DNA of 64,000 nt from Tagaea sp. Lineage in GTDB: Bacteria > Pseudomonadota > Alphaproteobacteria > CACIAM-22H2. Within the stretch, counting starts at the first letter, position 1. Each line of letters opens with the position of its first letter. The notes under the pieces are model-generated. The model saw only the letters and a program-made list of their open reading frames with translations, did no database searches and was not told where the DNA came from. Positions 1-8,581 of the stretch are shown in pieces. The position numbers and the translations under genes are program-made. The DNA is taken from positions 5,199 through 69,198 of the forward strand of contig JAYRYC010000011.1 in assembly GCA_041917215.1 (NCBI GenBank), written 5' to 3'.

Positions 1-1639
1 CGGTGATATAGAGGAACTTGTCCTCCGCGAGCCTTGCGATCGTCACGTCGCTTTCGAAGCCGCCGCGCTCGTTCAGCAGCGCCGTATAGACCGAGCGGCC
101 GGGGGCGACGTCGATATCGTTGGCGCAGATGCGTTGCAGATACGCGGCCGCATCGCGGCCTTGGACCAGGATCTTGGCGAAGCTCGCTTGATCGATGATG
201 CCCACGCCATTGCGCGCCGCTTCCTGTTCCTTGCGCGTATAGGGCAGCCAGTTGGGCGTCCAGGCGTAAGGGATCTTCGCATCAATGGGCGCGAAATAGT
301 TGGCGCGTTCCCAGCCCATCTTCGATCCGAAGCGTGCACCATTGGCGGCGAGGCGATCGTAAAGCGGCGAACGGCGCAGCGGCCGCGCACTTTCCAATTC
401 CATGCGCGGCCAGCGCATCACGTAATGCAAGCCCAGGCTTTCGACCGTGCGCTCGCGCAAGAAGCGGCCATTGGCCTGGAAATCGGCGAAGCGGCGGATA
501 TCGACGTCGGCCAAATCCATCGGCGCTTCGCCGCCCGCGATCCATTCGGCGGTCAGGCGCCCCGCCCCGCCGGCATTGGCGATACCCGCCGAGTTGAACC
601 CGGCGCAGACATAAAGCCCGCGAAGGCCCGGCGCTTCACCCAGGATGAAATTGCCGTCGGGCGTGAAGCTCTCGGGCCCGTTCAGCAATTGGCGGACTTC
701 GGCGGTTTCCAGGCACGGCGTGCGGTGGAGCGCGTTCTCCATCAGGATTTGGAACTGGTCCCAATCCTCGGGCAGAAGTTGGAACGCGAAATCCTCGGGC
801 ACGCCGTCCATGCCCCAAGGCTTGGCGACCGGCTCGAACCCGCCCATCACCAAACCGCCGACTTCTTCCTTGTAATAGATGTAGCCGTCGGGATCGCGCA
901 TCACCGGCAGATCGGGCGTCACGCCGGCGATCTTCTTGGTGACGATGTAGAAATGCTCGGCCGAATGCAGCGGCACCGCGACGCCGAGTTGCTCGCCGAC
1001 TTGGCGCGTCCATTGCCCGCACGCGAGCACGACGACGTCGGCCGCGATCCGGCCCTGATCGGTCTGCACGGCGACGATCGAACCGTTCGCGCGCTCGAAG
1101 CCGGTGACCGCGACACCTTCGAACAGCTTGGCGCCCATTTGGCGGGCCCCCTTGGCCAGCGCCATGCACAGATCGGCGGGGTTGGCCTTGCCGTCGCCCG
1201 GCAGCCAGATCGCCCCTTGCAAATCGTCGGTGCGCATCAACGGCCACAATTTGCCGGCTTCGTCCGGGCTGATTTCCTGGATATCGACGCCGAAGCCCTT
1301 GGCGAGCGCCACTTGGCGTTTGAACGCGACGACGCGTTCGGGCGTGCGCGCCACGTTGACCGATCCGCAGTTCTTCCAGCCGGTCGCCTGGCCGGTTTCG
1401 GCTTCCAGCTTCGAATAAAGGTCGATGCCGTATTTGCTCATCGCCGTCAGGGCGCGGTTGGGGCGCATCGCGCCGACCAGCCCCGCGGCATGCCACGTCG
1501 TCCCGGCGGTGAGGCGGGCGCGCTCGACCAGGACGATGTCCTTCCAGCCGAGCTTCGCCAAATGATACGCAACCGAACAACCGGCAATGCCGCCGCCCAC
1601 GATAACCGCGCGCGCCGAAGCCGGAACCGCCTCTGCCAT
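1..1639 (-). CDS. FAD-dependent oxidoreductase of the dimethylglycine/sarcosine dehydrogenase family (DAO domain plus start of GcvT-like domain); 3' end outside window
   Basis: Not in the ORF track because the frame stays open to the window edge. Reverse complement from ATG (1639-1637) reads [56 protein letters not shown]... (Rossmann GxGxxG, TTWHAAGL). It continues without a stop to base 2. Later ...[31 protein letters not shown]... resembles an aminomethyltransferase-type domain. Confidence 0.8.
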   Translation of the reverse strand, partial: MAEAVPASARAVIVGGGIAGCSVAYHLAKLGWKDIVLVERARLTAGTTWHAAGLVGAMRPNRALTAMSKYGIDLYSKLEAETGQATGWKNCGSVNVARTPERVVAFKRQVALAKGFGVDIQEISPDEAGKLWPLMRTDDLQGAIWLPGDGKANPADLCMALAKGARQMGAKLFEGVAVTGFERANGSIVAVQTDQGRIAADVVVLACGQWTRQVGEQLGVAVPLHSAEHFYIVTKKIAGVTPDLPVMRDPDGYIYYKEEVGGLVMGGFEPVAKPWGMDGVPEDFAFQLLPEDWDQFQILMENALHRTPCLETAEVRQLLNGPESFTPDGNFILGEAPGLRGLYVCAGFNSAGIANAGGAGRLTAEWIAGGEAPMDLADVDIRRFADFQANGRFLRERTVESLGLHYVMRWPRMELESARPLRRSPLYDRLAANGARFGSKMGWERANYFAPIDAKIPYAWTPNWLPYTRKEQEAARNGVGIIDQASFAKILVQGRDAAAYLQRICANDIDVAPGRSVYTALLNERGGFESDVTIARLAEDKFLYIT

Positions 1640-1770
1640 GGAGCCCCCGTCCTATTTGTTGGCGCCAGATTAGCAAGGTCCGTGGGACAACGTATCGGCG
1701 ATTTTGCGGTGGACGGCCCGGCTTTTGCCCCGTATTTGGCTTATTCAACCTCGCAACGAGAACTTCCCGC

Positions 1771-2280
1771 ATGGATCTGAAAGCCCATATCCGCGACGTG
1801 CCCGACTTCCCCAAGCCCGGCATCCTGTTCCGCGACATTTCCCCGCTGTTGGCCGACGCGGGCGCCTGGAAGGCGACGATCGACCGCTTGGCCGATGTGG
1901 TGGCGCCCCATAAGCCGCAATTGCTGGCCGGGATCGAAAGCCGCGGCTTTCTGGTGACGGCCCCGCTGGCGCTGCGCCTGGGGATCGGCTTCCTGATGGT
2001 CCGCAAGCGCGGCAAGCTGCCGGGACCGACCGTGCCCCATACCTACGCGCTGGAATACGGCGAGGACACGATCGAGGTACAGGAAAACGCGGTGCCGAAG
2101 GGAACGCGCGTCGTCGTATTGGACGACGTGTTGGCGACCGGCGGCACGCTTGCGGCGGCGATCTCGTTGCTGCAAAAAACGGGGGCCGATGTGCGCGGCG
2201 CGGCCTGCCTGATCGAGCTCACGTTCCTCGAAGGGCGCAAGCGCCTGCCCGTCGCGTTCGAATCTTTGGTCCGCTACTGA
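1771..2280 (+). CDS. apt: adenine phosphoribosyltransferase
   Basis: 169 aa; [23 protein letters not shown] and the PRPP-binding motif [13 protein letters not shown] are typical Apt signatures. Confidence 0.95.
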   Translation: MDLKAHIRDVPDFPKPGILFRDISPLLADAGAWKATIDRLADVVAPHKPQLLAGIESRGFLVTAPLALRLGIGFLMVRKRGKLPGPTVPHTYALEYGEDTIEVQENAVPKGTRVVVLDDVLATGGTLAAAISLLQKTGADVRGAACLIELTFLEGRKRLPVAFESLVRY

Positions 2281-2303
2281 CCGATCGGGGGAGCGGTCGA
2301 GCG

Positions 2304-4184
2304 ATGGACAAGATCCTCGACGCGCTACCCGCCGCTTTGTTGATCCTCGACGACGATTTGAAAATCGTCGTGGTCAACACCGCCTTCCACCGGATGTTGG
2401 GCCTGCCCGACGGCTTCACCAAGCCGGGCGACACGATCGCCAGCGCCATCGCGAAGCTCGCCGAATTGTCGGAGCCGGACCCGCGGCTGCGCGCGCGCGC
2501 GATCGCCGAACGTATGATGCTGATGGAAGCGCGTAACGGCTTCACCTATCGCCGCCGCTTCCATCACGGCCGCACGATCGAAGTCGCCGGGCGCCCGCTG
2601 CCCGATGGCGGGCAGATCGTCATGTTTCACGACGTGACGGAGGCCGAGGCGCAAGGGACCGCCCTCGCCCGCGACTGGAACCGGCGCGAGGACGAGGAGC
2701 GGCTGCTGCGCGCGATCGACGGTTTGTCGACCGGGGTGGGCATCTACGATCCCGACGACCGGCTGATCCTGCATAACGCCGCCTATCGCCACTTGATCGA
2801 TTTGCCCGCGCATATCGGCGTGGGCGCCACGTTCCGCGACGTATTGGAAGCGCAGATCGACAACGGCGTCGCGTATCTTGGCGGCTTGCCGCGCAACGCC
2901 TGGCTCGAAGCGCGCCTCGCCGAACATCACATGCCCGGCGACAAGATTTTCGAAACGCGCATCGGCGGCGGACGCGTGTTGCAGATCCGCGATCAGCGCC
3001 TGCCCGACGGCGGCTTCGCCATCACGCTGAACGACGTGACGCAAGCCCGCGCGCGCCAGACCGAAATCGACCGCCAGGCGCAGATCCTGGCCAGTACCTT
3101 CGAATCGATCGACGAAGGCATCGTCGTCTACGATCACAACCGCGTGCTGATCGCCTGGAACGACCGCGCGCGCCAATTGCTCGACGCGCCCCCCGAAGGC
3201 ATGCGCGTGGGACTCACCTTCGACGATTCGATCCGCTTCCAGATTAGGCGGGGCGATTTCGGCCCGATCGCCGACGAGGACGCGGAGATCGCGCGCCGCG
3301 TCGCGCGCGTGACGCGCACCGAACCTTATTCGGACGAAGGCTGGCGGCCGAACGGGCGCTATATCGTCACAAGGCGCACCGCCTTGCCCGGCGGCGGCTG
3401 GGTCACGCTGTTCACCGATTTGACCGAGCGCAAACACGCCGAGGACGCGCTGCGCGACGCCAAGGAAATCGCCGAGATCGCCAGCCGGACGAAGTCGGAG
3501 TTCCTGGCCAATATGAGCCACGAATTGCGCACGCCGCTCAACGCCGTGATCGGCTTTTCGGAAATCATCCACAATCAGCTTTTCGGCCCGATCGGCGAAC
3601 AGCGTTACGTCGACTACGCCAAGGATATCCACTCCTCGGGCACGCATCTGTTGCAGGTCATCAACGACATCCTCGACATTTCGAAGGCGGAAGCCGGCAA
3701 AGTCGAACTGCGCGAGATGCAGATCGACCTCAACGGCACGCTGGCGTCCTGCGCGCGATTGATCGATCCGCGCGCGCAAGCCGCCCAAGTGCGCGTCACG
3801 GTCGACGTGGCGCCGGACGTGCCGCTGCTGACCGCCGACGAACAACGCGTGCGCCAGATCGTGTTGAACCTGCTGTCGAACGCCGTGAAGTTCACCCCGC
3901 CCGGCGGGCGCGTGCGCATCGTCGCGAAAATGGAGATCGATGGCTGCGTCGCCGTCGCCATCGTCGATACCGGCATCGGCATGCGCCCGCAGGATATTCC
4001 GCGCGCGCTGGAACCGTTCGGCCAGATCGACAGCGTGCTGGCGCGACGCTTCGAAGGCACCGGCCTCGGCCTGCCGCTCAGCCGCAAGCTCGTGGAGCTG
4101 CACGGCGGCACGCTATCGATCGACAGCGCGCCCAATCGCGGCACGACCGCGACGGTGCGTTTCCCCGCCTCGCGCTGCCGCTAA
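2304..4184 (+). CDS. sensor histidine kinase with three PAS-like repeats (no adjacent response regulator)
   Basis: 626 aa. Three repeats of the PAS type (LILDDDLKIVVVNTAF.., GVGIYDPDDRLILHNAAY.., GIVVYDHNRVLIAWNDRA..). H-box FLANMSHELRTPLNAVIGFSE; HATPase G-box GTGLGLPLSRKLVELHGG. Confidence 0.9.
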   Translation: MDKILDALPAALLILDDDLKIVVVNTAFHRMLGLPDGFTKPGDTIASAIAKLAELSEPDPRLRARAIAERMMLMEARNGFTYRRRFHHGRTIEVAGRPLPDGGQIVMFHDVTEAEAQGTALARDWNRREDEERLLRAIDGLSTGVGIYDPDDRLILHNAAYRHLIDLPAHIGVGATFRDVLEAQIDNGVAYLGGLPRNAWLEARLAEHHMPGDKIFETRIGGGRVLQIRDQRLPDGGFAITLNDVTQARARQTEIDRQAQILASTFESIDEGIVVYDHNRVLIAWNDRARQLLDAPPEGMRVGLTFDDSIRFQIRRGDFGPIADEDAEIARRVARVTRTEPYSDEGWRPNGRYIVTRRTALPGGGWVTLFTDLTERKHAEDALRDAKEIAEIASRTKSEFLANMSHELRTPLNAVIGFSEIIHNQLFGPIGEQRYVDYAKDIHSSGTHLLQVINDILDISKAEAGKVELREMQIDLNGTLASCARLIDPRAQAAQVRVTVDVAPDVPLLTADEQRVRQIVLNLLSNAVKFTPPGGRVRIVAKMEIDGCVAVAIVDTGIGMRPQDIPRALEPFGQIDSVLARRFEGTGLGLPLSRKLVELHGGTLSIDSAPNRGTTATVRFPASRCR

Positions 4185-4194
4185 ACAAGCCGCA

Positions 4195-4267
4195 CCTCAT
4201 GGTTCGACAGGCTCACCATGAGGTTTAAAAAGTAGGCCTCACCCTGAGCCTGTCGAAGGGCGAGGCC
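4195..4267. repeat. pair of inverted REP-like hairpin units between convergent genes
   Basis: Hairpin 1 is cctcatgg(4195-4202)/ccatgagg(4216-4223) with loop ttcgacaggctca. Hairpin 2 is ggcctc(4235-4240)/gaggcc(4262-4267) with a loop containing gagcctgtcgaa. The two loops carry the same 12-mer in opposite orientation (ttcgacaggctc vs gagcctgtcgaa). Confidence 0.5.
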
Positions 4268-4287
4268 GGCACAAGACTCCCCGGCGC

Positions 4288-5079
4288 TTAACGGGGCTTC
4301 CAGGCGAGCATCGCCTTCAGCGTGCGGCCCACGCGCTCGATCATCGCGGCCCCGCGCGAAGTTTCCCAGCGATAAGGCGGATCTTCGTCCATATAGGCGA
4401 TCTGCGCCTTTTCGAGTTGCAGCGCATGGAACCCTTCGGTCGGGCGGCCGTGGCGGCGGGTGATGTAACCGCCCTTGAATCGCCCGTTGAGCACGAGGCT
4501 CATGCCCGGCCCATCGAGAGCGCTACGCGCGGCCTCGGTCAATCCCGCATCGGCCGAAGCGCCCGACGCGGTGCCGAGATTGAGATCGGGCAAGCGGCCT
4601 TCGAAGAAGCGCGGCACCAGCGACGGGATCGAATGCCCGTCCCACAAAATCGCGTAGCCGAATTTGGCTTTGAGCCGCGCAAGCTCGTTTTCCAGCGCGT
4701 CGTGATAGGGCATCCAATCGCGCGCGACGCGCTGCTGGATCTCGGCCGCGTCGGGTTCCTGGCCCGGCTTGTAGACCGGTGCTTTGCCGAAGGAGCTGAG
4801 CGGGCACAATTCGGTATTGTCGGCCCCCGGATAAAGCGGCGTGCCGGTCGGATCGCGATTGAGATCGATCACGTAACGCGACTGACGTGCGACGATCAGC
4901 CCCGCGCCCAGCGAAGGGGCGGCGGCATACAGCTTTTCGACATGCCAATCGGTGTCGGGCAGCGTCAGCGCGTGGTCGGTCATGCGCTTGGCGAGGGCTT
5001 CGGGAATATGCGTGCCGGCATGGGGCACGCTGACCAGCACGGGCGAATTGCCCGGCGTGAAATTGAAAATCTCGCTCAT
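4288..5079 (-). CDS. hutG: N-formylglutamate amidohydrolase
   Basis: Protein from internal ATG 5079: MSEIFNFTPGNSPVLVSVPHAGTHIP...RYVIDLNRDP...LWDGHS. Length (~263 aa) and motifs fit HutG/FGase. The start overlaps the hutI stop (ATGA at 5076-5079). The 87 aa further upstream in the track ORF are Arg-rich and lie inside hutI. Confidence 0.85.
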   Translation of the reverse strand: MSEIFNFTPGNSPVLVSVPHAGTHIPEALAKRMTDHALTLPDTDWHVEKLYAAAPSLGAGLIVARQSRYVIDLNRDPTGTPLYPGADNTELCPLSSFGKAPVYKPGQEPDAAEIQQRVARDWMPYHDALENELARLKAKFGYAILWDGHSIPSLVPRFFEGRLPDLNLGTASGASADAGLTEAARSALDGPGMSLVLNGRFKGGYITRRHGRPTEGFHALQLEKAQIAYMDEDPPYRWETSRGAAMIERVGRTLKAMLAWKPR

Positions 5080-6263
5080 TCTTCGCCGTTCCTGAACACG
5101 CGTTGCGGACCGGGCCCGCCGATCCAATAGACCAGATCGGCCGGGCGTTCGATATCCCACACGCAGAAATCCGCGGCCTTGCCCGCTTCCAGCGTGCCGC
5201 ATTCGTTTTGCAGACCGAGCGCGCGGGCACCCTCGCGCGTATAGCCGGCGATCGCCTCCTCCGGCGTCATGCGGAACACGGTGCAGCCCATATTCAGCAC
5301 CACGCGCGGATCGAAAGCGGGCGCGGTGCCAGGATTGCAATCGCTGGCGAGCGCCATCTTCACCCCGCCTTTGCGGATCGCGTCGATCGGCGGCAGCTTG
5401 GTGTCGCGCAGGAAGTAATAAGCGGCGGGCAGAAGCACGGCGACAGTGCCCGCCATCGCCATGGTGGCAATCCCGGCTTCGTCGAGATGTTCGAGATGAT
5501 CGGCCGACAACCCGGCATAGGACGCGACCAGCGCGGCGCCATGCTGGTTGGTGAGCTGTTCGGCATGCAGCTTCACCGGCAGACCGTGCGCCTTAGCGGC
5601 GTCGAACACGGCGCGGGTTTCGTCGTTGGTGAAGCCGATCGATTCCGCGAAGGCGTCGACCGCGTCGGCCAAACCCGAGCGCGCGATTTCCGGAATCATT
5701 CCCACGACCAGCTTCGCGTACTCGGCTTGGCGGCCGGCATATTCGGGGGGTACGGCGTGCAGGCCCAAAAACGTCGTGCGCACCCGTACGCCCAAACGTT
5801 CGCCGAGTGCTCGCGCCACGGCGAGCTGCTTCATCTCGTTTTCGAGATCGAGGCCGTAGCCCGATTTAATTTCGACGGTCGTGACACCGCGATCGGCCAT
5901 GTAGTCGAGGCGGCGCGCGGCACTTTCGAACAATTCGTCGAAGCTGGCGGCGCGGGTCTTGGCGACCGTCGAGCGGATGCCGCCGCCCGCGCGCGCGATC
6001 TCCTCGTACGACACGCCATTGAGGCGCTTTTCGAACTCGTCCGCACGATCGCCGCCGAACACCAGATGCGTATGGCAATCGACGAAGCCCGGCAGCACCC
6101 AGCCCCCGCCCAGATCGATTCGCGAATCGGCGTCCGGGGCGTCGTCGCGCTTGCCGATCCAGGCGATGCGGCCCTTATCGACCAGCATCGCGCCATCGGA
6201 AATAGCGCCGTAATCGGGGCCCGCTAGCGTCGCGAAATCCGCGTTTTCGTAAAGTGTCGCCAT
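5076..6263 (-). CDS. hutI: imidazolonepropionase
   Basis: 395 aa; GFVDCHTHLVFGGDR, KLHAEQL and ALASDCNPG are typical amidohydrolase-fold HutI motifs. Confidence 0.95.
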   Translation of the reverse strand: MATLYENADFATLAGPDYGAISDGAMLVDKGRIAWIGKRDDAPDADSRIDLGGGWVLPGFVDCHTHLVFGGDRADEFEKRLNGVSYEEIARAGGGIRSTVAKTRAASFDELFESAARRLDYMADRGVTTVEIKSGYGLDLENEMKQLAVARALGERLGVRVRTTFLGLHAVPPEYAGRQAEYAKLVVGMIPEIARSGLADAVDAFAESIGFTNDETRAVFDAAKAHGLPVKLHAEQLTNQHGAALVASYAGLSADHLEHLDEAGIATMAMAGTVAVLLPAAYYFLRDTKLPPIDAIRKGGVKMALASDCNPGTAPAFDPRVVLNMGCTVFRMTPEEAIAGYTREGARALGLQNECGTLEAGKAADFCVWDIERPADLVYWIGGPGPQRVFRNGEE

Positions 6264-6267
6264 GCCG

Positions 6268-6287
6268 CGTTTATGCTCCTATAAACG
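6268..6287. promoter_or_regulatory. inverted repeat CGTTTAT-N6-ATAAACG in the hutI/hutF divergent intergenic region (candidate operator)
   Basis: cgtttat (6268-6274) and ataaacg (6281-6287) are perfect reverse complements. They sit in the 54-nt gap between divergent hutI and hutF. GntR/HutC-type operators are AT-rich palindromes of this kind, but no regulator gene is in the window. Confidence 0.3.
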
Positions 6288-6317
6288 GCGCCAAGAATAG
6301 CCCCAGGATCGCCCTCC

Positions 6318-7691
6318 ATGCCGACATTTTTCGCCCCCCGCGCCCGCTTGCCCCAAGGCTGGGCCGACGACGTGTTGTTCGACGTCGATGCCGCCGGATA
6401 TTTGACGAATGTTCAGGCGGGCATGAAACGCGGCGATGCCGAATTGCTGAACGGTGCGGTCGTCGGCGGGATGGGCGATCTGCATTCGCACGCCTTCCAG
6501 CGCGCGATGGCGGGTTTGGGCGAAACGGCGCGGCCGGGCGAGGACGATTTCTGGTCGTGGCGCGAGGTGATGTACGCCTTCCTCGCCAAGCTCGGGCCTC
6601 GCGAACTCGAAGCGGTCGCGACCCAGCTTTATGTCGAGCTCGCCAAGCACGGCTTCACCTCGATCGCCGAATTCCACTACGTCCACGCCGATCCCAAGGG
6701 CCAGCCTTACGAGACCGTGACCGAAATGTCCGATCGCCTGATCGCGTCGGCCTCGGCGGCCGGGATCGGGATCACGATTTTGCCGGTCGTCTATCGGACC
6801 AGCGGTTTCGGCGCCAAGCCGCCGACCGAAGGCCAGAAGCGCTTCACGATTCCCGAGGACGTCTTCAACGATCTTTACGAGCGCCTCGCGCGCCGGCACC
6901 GCAACGACCCGAATGTGCGCGTGGGCATTGCGCCGCATTCGCTGCGCGCCGTGCCGCCGGCGGATTTGGCGCGCGCGGTCGAACTCGCGCGCAAATTCGA
7001 CAAGGCCGCACCGATCCATATCCATATCTCGGAACAGCCCAAGGAAGTCGCCGATTGCAAGGCGTGGTCGGGCACGACGCCGATCGATTGGCTTTATGCC
7101 AACGCCGCCGTGGACGAGAGCTGGTGCTTGGTCCACGCGACGCATGCCACGCCGGGCGAAGTGACGTTGATCGCCAAGAGCGGCGCCATCGCCGGAATTT
7201 GCCCGACGACCGAAGCCAATCTCGGCGACGGGATTTTCCCGCTGCCCGAATTCTTCGCCCAAGGCGGGCGCATCGGCGTGGGCACGGATTCGAATGTCTG
7301 CACCAGCCCGGTCGAAGAATTGCGGTGGCTGGAATACGGGCTGCGTTTGACGCGCGGCCAGCGCAATGTCGTGTCGCGCGCGACCGGTGGCTCGACCGGC
7401 GGCTTCCTGCTCGACCAAGCCGTGATCGGCGGCGCGCAAGCCGGCGGGCGCAAGACCGGGCGCCTCGAAAAATTCTGGCGCGCCGATTTCGTCGTGCTCG
7501 ACCGCGACCATGCGGCGCTGACGGGCCGCGACGGCGAACATCTGATCGATTCCTGGCTGTTCGCCGGGAATTCCAATCCGGTGCGCGACGTGGTGATCGG
7601 CGGCGACTGGATCGTGCGCGAAGGGCATCATCGCCACGAGGATCAGGCCAAGGCCGATTATCTCAAAGCGATGGCGAAGCTGCGCGGTTAA
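6318..7691 (+). CDS. hutF: formimidoylglutamate deiminase
   Basis: 457 aa; GMGDLHSHAFQRAMAGL and HISEQPKEV motifs, amidohydrolase fold, adjacent to hutI/hutG. Confidence 0.85.
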   Translation: MPTFFAPRARLPQGWADDVLFDVDAAGYLTNVQAGMKRGDAELLNGAVVGGMGDLHSHAFQRAMAGLGETARPGEDDFWSWREVMYAFLAKLGPRELEAVATQLYVELAKHGFTSIAEFHYVHADPKGQPYETVTEMSDRLIASASAAGIGITILPVVYRTSGFGAKPPTEGQKRFTIPEDVFNDLYERLARRHRNDPNVRVGIAPHSLRAVPPADLARAVELARKFDKAAPIHIHISEQPKEVADCKAWSGTTPIDWLYANAAVDESWCLVHATHATPGEVTLIAKSGAIAGICPTTEANLGDGIFPLPEFFAQGGRIGVGTDSNVCTSPVEELRWLEYGLRLTRGQRNVVSRATGGSTGGFLLDQAVIGGAQAGGRKTGRLEKFWRADFVVLDRDHAALTGRDGEHLIDSWLFAGNSNPVRDVVIGGDWIVREGHHRHEDQAKADYLKAMAKLRG

Positions 7692-8581
7692 GCGGGTTCT
7701 TCGACCGTTTCGCGCGGCGCGAGATCGACCGAAACGTCGAGCTCGTGAGCACCACCGCCCAAGATCACGCCCCGGATCGGCGAGATATCGGAATAGTCGC
7801 GACCCCAGCCGACCACGACATGTTCATCCTTCACGACCAGATCGTTGGTCGGATCGACATCGACCCAGCCCGCCCCCGGCACCCACACCGAAACCCAAGC
7901 GTGGCTGGCATCCGCGCCGACGCGCCGCTTTTGGCCCGGCGGCGGATAGGTGCGCACATAGCCCGAGACGTAACGCGCGGCGAGACCCACCGCACGCAAG
8001 CACGCGATCATCACATGCGCGAAATCCTGGCACACGCCCCGGCGCAGGCGCATCACCTGCTCGACCGGTGTGGCGACACCCGTCGCGCGCGGATCGAACA
8101 CGAAGTCGCGCTTGATGCGCGAATTCAAATCGAGCACGCAAGCGAAGATCGGCCGCCCCTTCGGGAAGGAGGGTGCTGCGTATTGGCGGATCGTGTCGTC
8201 GATCAACGCCATCGGCGATTCGCGCGTGAATTCCGACACCGCCCATTCGACCGGCAAACCGCCGCCGTCGAGCGCGTCGCGCACGCTTTCCCACGACGGC
8301 GTTTTCGCCGCATCGGGCGGCGGCGGATAGGCGACATCGACGACCGAGCGCGCATCGACGACCAACTCGTCGTGCGGCTCCTCCAGCGAGATATGGCTGA
8401 CCTTGTTGCCGAACCAGTCGACGCGATCGACGACGCGCAAGGGTGCGGGTGTCGCGATCACCGCGCTGCGCAACACGCGCTGATAGGGCAATTCGCGCGG
8501 GGTGAGCCGCAGCGTGTGATACGACACGTCCACCGCCGAGGCGTAGCGATAGGTCGTCCGGTGCACAACGTCGTAGATCAC
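7688..8581 (-). CDS. transglutaminase-like cysteine peptidase family protein (Bact_transglu_N + transglutaminase core)
   Basis: GTG start at 8581 gives VIYDVVHRTTYRYASAVDVSYHTLRLTP... Catalytic-type motifs are GVCQDFAHVMIACLRAVGLAARYVSGY, SHAWVSVWVPGAGW and DVDPTN. GTGA overlap with the upstream gene (8578-8581). Confidence 0.85.
   Translation of the reverse strand: MIYDVVHRTTYRYASAVDVSYHTLRLTPRELPYQRVLRSAVIATPAPLRVVDRVDWFGNKVSHISLEEPHDELVVDARSVVDVAYPPPPDAAKTPSWESVRDALDGGGLPVEWAVSEFTRESPMALIDDTIRQYAAPSFPKGRPIFACVLDLNSRIKRDFVFDPRATGVATPVEQVMRLRRGVCQDFAHVMIACLRAVGLAARYVSGYVRTYPPPGQKRRVGADASHAWVSVWVPGAGWVDVDPTNDLVVKDEHVVVGWGRDYSDISPIRGVILGGGAHELDVSVDLAPRETVEEPA

Noticed and set aside
134-2015. 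Long ORFs 134..1780 (+, 548 aa) and 636..2015 (-, 459 aa)
   Set aside because: Both are Arg/Ala/Gly/Pro-rich with no recognisable motifs. They lie opposite to, or out of frame with, a clean FAD-oxidoreductase frame (1..1639, -) and apt. These are typical shadow ORFs of GC-rich DNA.
2325-4103. 592-aa ORF antisense to the PAS histidine kinase
   Set aside because: Arg/Ala/Asp-rich composition and no motifs, whereas the sense frame has unmistakable HisKA/HATPase motifs.
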